A stretch of DNA of 64,000 bases, from the NCBI RefSeq assembly GCF_009914755.1, contig NC_060944.1; one strand, given 5' to 3'. The position numbers and the translations under genes are program-made. How positions within the stretch are numbered: position 1 is the stretch's first letter; each line of letters opens with the position of its first letter. The notes under the pieces were generated by a model that made no database searches, was not told the DNA's origin, and saw only the letters and a list, made by a program, of their open reading frames with translations. Origin of the DNA: the human T2T-CHM13v2.0 reference genome, Homo sapiens. This document shows positions 54,131-64,000 of this stretch, in pieces.

Positions 54131-54779
54131 CTTAAAAACCCAGCTTGGGCTTTCTAGATATTAATAAGTGCTCACAGATGTTCGTTGCTATTATTAGTCT
54201 ATTATTGCCAATAACAGGTGGGCAAAAGTTGCTGTGGGAGCATGTTGAGCCCTTCAGTGACAGTTTTCCAGGTGGTAGGGCAGCCCTAGCCAGGAGAACA
54301 GCATGTGCAGAGGCACCGAGGCTTAAAAGTGCTGGATGTTTTTGGAGAGCAGTGGGAGGAGTTGCTGATGGAGCAGAGTCATGAGAAAGTTTGATGGAGG
54401 CAGAAGCAAGGCCAGGGAGGTAGCAGAGGCTATCCTGCCGGGAGCCCCGAAGGATTAAACACTCACTGACCCGAGGCAGTCCCTCTGCACCTTCCTTGGA
54501 GGGTGGTTCTCTAGTGAGGGTTGTCCAGGAAACTTCAGGATTAACTTTTGCATGGGAGGAAGGGCTGGTCTCTGCTCAACTATCCATACATTCACCATCC
54601 TTCCCTCTTCATTCCACCCAGGAAGCACGAAGAAGAAGAGGTCCACTCCCTCTTCCTGAGATGCTTTTCCCACCTCTGCACTTGTTTCTCTCTTCCTGGG
54701 ACTCAGTTTCTCACCTGAGAGAAGAGGGTAGAAGTGGAGGAAGCGTCATGACCTGACTCACTGATTGATCATGATATAG

Positions 54780-54960
54780 CACCAAGTGCATTTCTGGATG
54801 CTGGTCACTGTCAAAGGTCTTTACTTGCATCGCCATTGAATTCTCATACCAATCCGTTGAAATGAATGCACTTATCCCCCACTGCACAGAGGGAGAAACC
54901 GAGGCACAGAGGGTGAGGCAATTTGCTAAAGGGCATGCAGCTTGTAAGTGACAGGAACTC
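54780..54960 (-). mobile_element. MIR
   Basis: ttatcccc...cagagggagaaaccgaggcacagaggg core. Confidence 0.7.
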
Positions 54961-55756
54961 ACGTCTTGGGGGGCATCTCAAAGTTGCCATGTGCTATCCT
55001 TCACCACCTTCTTCACACACTTTGTAAATCTAAGGCTGACTGCAGAATATCTGGCCTCTTTTGCTTTGTGTACCTTTGGGCGCTGGGCAGTAGGCATTTT
55101 GGAGATGGGTCACAGTGGGGTGTGCTCTGGGTATGTAACCTGACTTTGGGGAAATTCCTGGGTGCAGACGCTTTGTGGGGAGGTGTTCTTGGATGTCTCA
55201 GAATCTAGAATGGCATTCCTTCGCCCACAGATGTGCCTTGATGCAGGCAATGTGCAGCTTGATTGATGTGGCAGATGGTGGCTGAGCCCCACGGTGGCCC
55301 CAGGAAGGAATGAATGAATCTTTTAGGATGGCTGATCAGAGCATCACATGACCACAGACCCTCCCTGTTTCAGAGGACATCCAAACACAGGCTTACATTT
55401 CCTTTTACATGGGGGCAAAGTTTGGGGCCAGGGTTCAAATGCTGGCTCTGCCTCCACTGGCTTTGGGGCCTAGGGAAATTTTTTCACTTCCTTGAACCTT
55501 AATTTCTTCATCCGGAAATAAAGATGAAGAAATAAGTTGCTAATTTTAGCATCTTCAATAAGTTGCTAAATAGTAACTCACAAACACAATTCTGAATTGT
55601 CATAAGGATTTGTAATCATATGGAAAATGCTTGGCTTCCAAGCTGTAGATAATATTGATGTAATATCCAGCAGATTTTTCTCTGCAGTACTTATAATTGT
55701 GATTATATGGTTATATGTGAGCATTACTCTTTTAGTCTTCTGTTTCATCCACTAGA

Positions 55757-55990
55757 CCTGTGGTTCTCAACTTGGGGCAGTTTGACCCTCCCCAGGGGAT
55801 ATTTGGCAATGTCTAAAGACGTTTTTGGTTGTTACAACTTTTCGGGGGATAGTGGGGGAGAGGAGCTACTGACATCCAGTGAGTAGACACCAGGGGTGCT
55901 GCTAAATATCCTGTGGTGCACAGGAGAGCACCCCCACAACAGAAAATGATCTGATCCCAAATATCAATAGTGCTGAGGTTAAGAAAGACT
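55757..55990. mobile_element. MER20 hAT DNA transposon
   Basis: gtggttctcaacttggggcag...ggggatatttggcaatgtct...gctgctaaatatcc...caatagtgctgaggttaagaaa. Confidence 0.8.
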
Positions 55991-57861
55991 ACACTGGACG
56001 ATGAGCCCCATAAGGTCCGTGACTGTGTCCAATTCATTCAGCTGTGTGTCTCCAGTTGGCCAGCGTGATCAGCATGATGTCCAGCACACAGGAGACAATC
56101 AATATGCATTAAAGGAATGAATGAGGACTTGGAAGGCCTTATGTCCCCTGGAGTCCCAGGGGTTTAGCTTGTGGAACATTTTGAATAGGCAGAAGAGATT
56201 TAGATGAACTTGAATGATGAACAGCCAATTAGTAACTCAGGCCAAAGACATTCAGACCGAGCTCTCTGTTTTCCTTCCCAAGCAGGTGCTTGGGGGCCCA
56301 GATTATCTGAATTGTTCCTGCCATCACCACTGCATTTTACCCATGTAGATACAGGACCCGTCTTTATCTGGAAAGTAGGCTGGGTCAGAGGAGCATAGGT
56401 GCTGTCAGCTGGGCCCTTGGGATTTGCCAAGCTGGGGCACAGCTGCTTGTCAGCTTCCTGTTTTGTCCCTTTCTAGTGGAATGAAGGAAACCCACTGAAT
56501 GGCTATTTTCCACTGACATTTACAGCAATGTGATAGGCCTTGGATTAATGAGGTCAAACTGCAGTGTGAAATCTGCCTGATAACTTGAAGCTTGGCCAAC
56601 GGGAAGACATCGCTTGTTTTCTTTGGACCGTTTGATGTCCCTGGATGGCTTTAGGCAGGAAAGCAGGGGTCTCAATTCTGTACGAAAGAGGAGGGTGTTT
56701 TACTTCCTGGAATTATAGAGGCCAGAGGTGTCTCTTTTTCAATTTATTGGGAAGGTTTATTTTAATATGGACTTAGAAATAAATAACTTATTAAAGTGAA
56801 GGTTCACCTGGAGCCTTAGGCTGGCTGCTAAGTGTGAGTCTGGGCTGTTGAAGGGACTGTGCTGTTCTTCTGGGTCTCTGTAGGAGTTTGAAGGAGAAGA
56901 CTGGCCCCAAAGGGTGTTTGAACAGGTTAGATGTGCCCATTGGTTAGAACTTACTTGGATAGGGAGAAGGGATCTAGGGCGTATCCACAAACTTGCATAT
57001 GGATCCCCTTTGGTTTCCTGCTAAAATGCAGAAACTGACTCAGTAGGGCTGGGTATGGAGTTTTCTGCATTTCTACCAAGCTCCCAGGGGGTGTCAAGCT
57101 GCTAGTCTGTGAACTGCACTTTGAGAAGCAAGGGTATGGGAGACCCCAAGTCTACAGGTGAGGGTTCCCTGGTGCAAACCGCTTAAGCATGAAAGCAAAT
57201 GCAGCCTGTTGTGCCTGTTCACACAGCCATCTGCTGTGCTGGCTGGCTTGCGGAGTCACAGATGTTCACTGTGCCCCTTCTCTGTGTGCCCAGGCCTGGG
57301 ACCAGACTTGACAAAGAGGATGCTTGGTCTCAAGGAGCAACTCAGACAGCCAGAATGTCAGCTAGAATGATGAGCTTTGAGTACTTTCAAAAACATGTAT
57401 CGAGGTACATGGTGTTCCTGGGTCATCTGGTCACCTGGGACTTGTGAGAAGTACAGATGCCTGGGCCTTAGCCCAGTCCACCTGTGTTAGAATCAGCCAA
57501 TATAGGGCCCTGAAAGTCTGTATTTTCTCAAAGTGTGCCAGGTGATTCTGATTCACAGCCAGACTGATGGAAGGGAAGGTGGGAGGAAGAACTGCCAGTA
57601 CATGCAGGTTAATTGCTCAGCAGGACCTATGTAAGGTTGTAGAGTTGTGTATTGCTGATGGGCACAGTGGCACTCGGCTAAAGGAGAGGCTGAAATCTAG
57701 CCTGTGGATCCACTTGCCAAGCTCTGCACCCTGCAGGGTTGCATCTGCTTAGAGGGACGGGCACCTTTTTCTTAATATTCATCATAATCACTTGGTACTT
57801 ATTATGAGCCAGGTGCTGTCTACTTAACTCCTTTAGTCCTCCTAACAACTCTAAGGGGTGA

Positions 57862-57875
57862 CATCATCATCATCA

Positions 57876-57921
<46 letters not shown>
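57862..57921. repeat. Compound (CAT)6(TAT)14 microsatellite at an Alu tail
   Basis: Read directly. Confidence 0.93.
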
Positions 57922-58206
<285 letters not shown>

Positions 58207-61200
58207 AGGTGTGACTTTAGTGCTACTCTGATTTTACTGTTCAGGAAAGTGAAGCAGAGAGGTTCAATGTCTTACTCAAGGTCACACAGCCAGTAAATGG
58301 AAAAGTCAGGATTCCATTTCAGGACATCCGGCTTCAAAGTCCTTGTACTGAATCATTACACTCTCTGGCCCTTTCTTTGCATAAAAATGCTGTCTTCTCT
58401 TTATGGGGCTATCCCTACTCTGAGGGAGTACCTTTTTTCTTGTCCTTCCTTCAGAGGGGGGAAGGCTAGCAATGACCTTGGCTGGCTTTAGAGTCAGGTA
58501 CGGGTTTGATTCCTACCTCCAGCACCTACTGCAACCTTGAGTAAGTTACATGTGTGTATTTGCTGAGCCACAATTTCCCCATATGTAAAACAGGAATAAT
58601 AATAGTATAATATAAATTGATATGATTAGGCATTTAGCCTCTGCTTGGCAGGTAGGAGGTACCTGATACATGCCAACTATTCTTATGGCATTATTATCAT
58701 TAGAGTTAGTCCCTAGGAGTATTCAGGAGCTAGGGAAATAGGTGAGCAAAGCACTGTGTCATTATGTCCCCAGGAGCTGGGTCATTCATTTTGTTCACTA
58801 GGTTACTTATGGCCATTACTTACCTGGGCATCCCTAGTCTCCTCCGCTTCTTGGCCCCAGAGTCTGTGCCAGCCTGGAGAGTTCTCAGAATGTCTTAGTT
58901 CAGACTCTTAGTCAGAACTGCCTTTGTTTCCTCACATCCAAGAACAAGTAAAACATACAAATTTTGACACTTATTCTCTTTAGGTCTCTTGACTCTTTTT
59001 GGTGACTTTCTCTGTCTCCTGTTTTCTTTCTGGAACTATTGCTGTCGTTGGCTATCCCATGGACTGGATAGAGAGGAAATGTTGCCTTATAAACATTGCC
59101 AATTACCTTATAAAAATATAGGGAAGATTTTCACCAAAATGTCATTCATTTTTTTTCTTTTATATATAAACTTAAGCTTTTGTTTTCCTATGGCTGTATG
59201 TCATGCTTTTTAATTACACAAAGTATATAAGTGTATCATAAGTAAACTTTCCCCATCTTCTCAGCCACTCATCCCTTTTCCCCGGAATAAATCTATAAAT
59301 GTTTTATGTATTTTTCCATAAATTTCATATGCATATATAAACCCATATTCATTTACATGTTTATCCATTTTTCTTTTTAACACAACTATACAAAACTCTC
59401 CTGAGATCTTCTTTTTCAGCTAATTTATCTGAGCACATGCCAACACACAGATATACCTGGATCTTTAAGGCTATCTGATAGTCCAGTGATAAAAATGTAC
59501 CATCATTTGTTTTCTAGTTTCTTGATGATGGCTAAGATAGTTTCCAGTTTTTTTCCTCCTACAAATGTATAATGTTGCAACATCCTTGTTTGAACAGTGT
59601 ATATATCTTTGTATACTCTACATACTGATGATTTTATTCATAAGGAAAATTCCTGGCAGTTTCAACTGTGATAGACATTGCTAACCTATTCTCCAAAGAG
59701 GCTGAACCAATTTCTGTTTCCTCAACAGTGTATGACTGTTTCCCCCATCTATTCTCCAGCACTGAGGATTAAGTAACTTTCATTTTTGTCAGTCTGACAG
59801 ATATAAAGCAGAACATTTCTGCATAAGGTTCTACAGTAATTTTTAGATTTTATGACCCTTTGGATTATGCCTACATAATGATGATCAAATATTCAGAAAC
59901 TACATTGTACCTGGCCTTAGGCTTGGAATTGGATACAAAATTAAATGAAACCAGCTTTTGCCCTCAGGTTGATCCCATCTCCTGGAGTTGGCAGACAAAT
60001 GAACAAATAAAATGAGAGCAAAACTGTATGGTTCACATTGTGCTAGAGAAATGCATAAGCTTAGCTAACTTTTGTTTGATAAACTCTATATTCATTAATA
60101 TCACAAATGAATTCATAAAATACCGTATGCATTATGTCCCAGGGTGTGAGGAGGCTTGAAATTCTCAAAAGAAAACAACTTGATTAGAAGCAAAAAGAAA
60201 AAAAAAAATAATGGAGCTTATCCTTAGTGGGGGCAGCAGAAGAAGTGGGAAGTTAGGAAGGGGTGAGTAATTTTAGAATAGTCTCTTTGGTAGTTTCCAT
60301 GTTCACAAATAGGGTTTGTTTGAGGGAGCCTGTGGGGAAACCCAGCTGAGTTTGCAGCTGGCACTGATTACCGATCACTCAAACCCGGGCAGATCTGTAC
60401 GTTGGTCCAGATAGAGTGGGAGCAAGGAAACAGGAGGCTGGCTTTAAAAATCAGCAACCTTGAAGCTCATAGAGGTTGGATGTAGGTGGCATAAATAGGC
60501 TGTTTACCACAGGGATTACAAGCAGGTGTGCTCTGAACAGGCCTGTGGTAGAGTGGATCCATAGAATGGTTTTCAATCAATGAATGAACATCAAACATCT
60601 GTCTATGTATTGTAAAGGGACCTCCTTCTCAAAAAGAATAGGTCCATGTAGAAAGGGGTATGATCATCTGGTCGACCCACCTGGGGGGAACCAAGCCTTA
60701 GCTATATACATTTTCTTTGGGCCCACCTGTCCTAGATAGCTCTTCATTCACTTGAGACATCTTAAAAGCAACACAACACAAGGAGCAGTTGAGAAAATCA
60801 ACTGAATCAGCGCTGTGGAATGAACCTAACCATTGTTTTACAACAAATCCCCTCAGCAGCGATATATAGAGCCAATTGCAAAGCATGCAGAGTGGAAAAG
60901 GGACTGTGAAGACCAGCACAATCTTAGTCCACCCTCTTACAGGAGGCAAAGGGCAGGGGCCAGGCGAGGTATGTCCTGGTTCTGGTCCCAGGGCCCACCC
61001 TCCTCCTCCCCCATTAGCCAAGTCTGTTTTGCCCAGTTTGATGTTACAGCTCTTGTTCTAAGTCAAAGGACCACTCTCTCATGGCAGAACAGAAATTCTT
61101 CATGAATTTTCAGTCTCTTGGCCAGCCTCCTGTCCACCCTCTCCCACGTATTGAATACCTACCATGTGCTGGGTGGCGCTATCATGGGATGTAAAGGTGA

Positions 61201-61390
61201 ACAATACATATCCTTTGTCTTCTGAGAGCATCCAGTCCAATGGAAGAGGCAGATCTGAAACCAGCAATTACCAGAGTGCTGAGTGCCACAGAAGAGATGT
61301 GGTCAAATGCCTTGGGACTAGAGAGTGGAACGAAGACTGTTTGGCACAGGAGAGATAAAGAACAATTCAGAGGCAATATTAAGACATTGA

Positions 61391-61694
61391 GGCTGGGTGT
61401 GGTGGCTCACAGCTATAATCCCAGCACTTTGGGAGGCCAAGCTGGGCGGATCACCTTAGGTCAGGAGTTCAAGACCGGCCTAGCCAACATGGTGAAACCC
61501 TGTCTCTACTAAAAATACAAAAAAATTAGCCAGGCATGGTTGTGTGTGCCTGTAATCCCAGTTACTCAGGAGGCTGAGGCAAGAGAATCACTTGAACCTG
61601 GGAGCCGGAAGCTGTAGTGAGCAGAGATCGCACCACTGCACTCCAGCCTGGGCAACAAGATTGAAACTCCATCTCAAAAAAAAAAAAAAAAAAA
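61391..61694 (+). mobile_element. AluSx
   Basis: TSD aagacattgag. Confidence 0.9.
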
Positions 61695-61871
61695 GACATT
61701 GAGACAATATTGTCTAAATGAGACAAGGCAAGTGCTGAGCACGGTGCCTGGAAAGCCCTTAAGAGATGATAGCTATTGTCATTTTAGCACTTGAGCTACC
61801 TCTCAAAGAACAAGAGGAGTTTGCCAGGTGGAGAGAAAGAAGGGTACTGCCACTCATAAAACAGCATGTGT

Positions 61872-62249
<378 letters not shown>

Positions 62250-62864
62250 TCAAATCTTAGCCCTGCCACTTCCTAGTTGTGACTTTGGGCGTGTCAAGAG
62301 GAGCCTCCTTTTACTAATATATCCAGTGGGGGTAATGATGCCTGTTTCTAAGACTCATTGCGGGGATTAAAGTCAATTTATGCATAGTACCTGGCACACA
62401 GTAGAGTCTCAGCAAATGGTGAGTACCACTGGGGAGGAGTGAATCATCAGTTCTGTTCGGTGCAGCTGGAAAATTGGGTATTTAGTGAGTTGGGGGAGGG
62501 GAGGGAAGTCAGGCTGGCCAGAGAGAAAGCTAAAATGTCAAGGCCCAGATATTGGACGGTTTAGGCTGAGAGCTTGAAACTGGACAGCATAGGCAGTGGG
62601 AGCCATCAGATGCTTCCCTCCAAGGGAAATACAGGATCAAACTTGGTTTAAGAGTGAAAACTCCACCAGCGTTGTGGATGGCTGGTTGGAAGGTAAGCGG
62701 TGGAGGCAAGGAAACCACTTTGGGAACTGCTGCATTCAATATTCTTGTCTTGACAACAGCTCAGATTAGCATAGCAAAGGCTCAGTTAACTCCTGCAGTC
62801 AAGTGCTGTCTGGGCAGGCAGTTATGGGCAGTGGTCGAGTGTGTAGGCTTCACTGATTGTCCTC

Positions 62865-63185
62865 TTTTTTTTTTTTTTTTTTCCCCTTGAGACAAGATCT
62901 CACTCTGTTGCCCAGGCTAGAGTGCAGTGATCTGTGATCGTGCAGTGGTGCAATGACAGTTCACTGCAGCCTCAACCTCCTGGGCTTAGGCGATCCTCCC
63001 ACCTCAGCCTCCTGAGTTGCTGGGACTGCAGGTGGGAGACACCACACCCAGCTAATTTTTTAATGTTTTGAGATGAAGTCTCACTGTGTTGTCCAGGCTA
63101 CTCTCAAACTCCTGGGCTCAAGCCATCCTTCCATCTTGGCCTCCCAAAGTGCTGGGATTCAGGCATGAACCACTGTACCTGACCC
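62865..63185 (-). mobile_element. AluJ
   Basis: Antisense dimer with a small internal gtgcagtg duplication. Confidence 0.85.
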
Positions 63186-63476
63186 CTTGTAATTCTTGCA
63201 AGAAAAAGGAAAAAAAATAAAAAAGAGCATGGGCTTCAGTGTCAAAGCCAATCTGGATTTGAATCCCACCCCTATTGCTTACTGGACATTGGGCAATTAC
63301 TTAACCCTATGGAGCTTAGTTTGCCCTTCTATAAAATAGGGATTAATAGTACTTTTCTCATAGGCTTGCTGTGAAGATTACATGAGATAGTATGAGTAGC
63401 TAAAACACATAGCTTAGCTCTAGGAATGCAGTGAGTGTTCAGTAAAAGTTGATAATTGTGATAAAATATATTACTA

Positions 63477-63612
63477 GCTGGGCATGGTGGTAGCTATAAT
63501 CCTGGCTGCTTAGGGAGGCTGAGGCGGGAGGATTGTTTGAACCCAGGAGTTTGAGACCAGCCTAGGGAGCATACTGAGACCCTATCTCAAAAAAGATAAA
63601 CTAAAAAATAAA
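63477..63612 (+). mobile_element. FLAM-type Alu monomer
   Basis: Single monomer; TSD aaatatatta. Confidence 0.75.
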
Positions 63613-64000
63613 TATATTATGTATATGACTATAGAAGACTTTTTTCATGTAACTCCTATTAACATCCTCTGGCGCTACTAGTGTTCTACCAAAAACATCC
63701 TGCTTTCAGACTTCCTGGAGAAGCAGCAGCACTTTCTGCTCCAAGAAATAGTAAGGAGAGTTGCCAGGTTCTGACACAGTGGTTCTTGGGTGCACATGAG
63801 ACCCACCTGGGGAGCTTTTAAAAACGTCAATTTCTGGCTGCGTTCCAGACCAATTAAACTAGAATCTGTCGAGGTGGGACCCAGAGAGCAGTATTTAAAA
63901 AAAAAAATTGTGATGATTTCTTAAGGAAAAACAAATACACAAAAGTACACAAATCTTAAGTGGATCAATTTTTCACAAACTGAACCTATCTATTTAACCC

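Overview
Primate, almost certainly human, genomic DNA dense in Alu, L1, L2, MIR and MaLR repeats. Bases 1-16.7 kb hold the last five coding exons and 3'UTR of ACTR5 (ARP5, INO80 subunit) on the + strand. I built them by hand from GT-AG sites: 14-196, 9558-9674, 10394-10533, 11620-11752 and 15715-15972 splice in frame into 276 codons with actin-fold motifs, and an AATAAA lies at 16647. About 33 kb of repeat-rich intergenic DNA follows. A CpG island at ~49.6-51.3 kb contains a short non-coding first exon with a strong donor at 49899|GTGAGT. By recalled gene order (20q11.23) this is the PPP1R16B/TIMAP promoter; the rest of the window is its intron 1, with no coding exon. I see no supportable novel biological system. 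The best oddities are: (1) a 74-bp perfect locally templated insertion inside an old Alu, plus a second, older 76-bp local copy; (2) a tailless 7SK retropseudogene whose TSD overlaps its truncation point; (3) a fossil Alu monomer with a perfect 17-bp TSD abutting the ACTR5 poly(A) signal; (4) a near-consensus AluYa5 ~3.9 kb upstream of the CpG-island TSS; (5) a minisatellite grown inside an MLT1 LTR next to a CpG-retaining motif cluster. Repeat boundaries and subfamily names are by eye and approximate.
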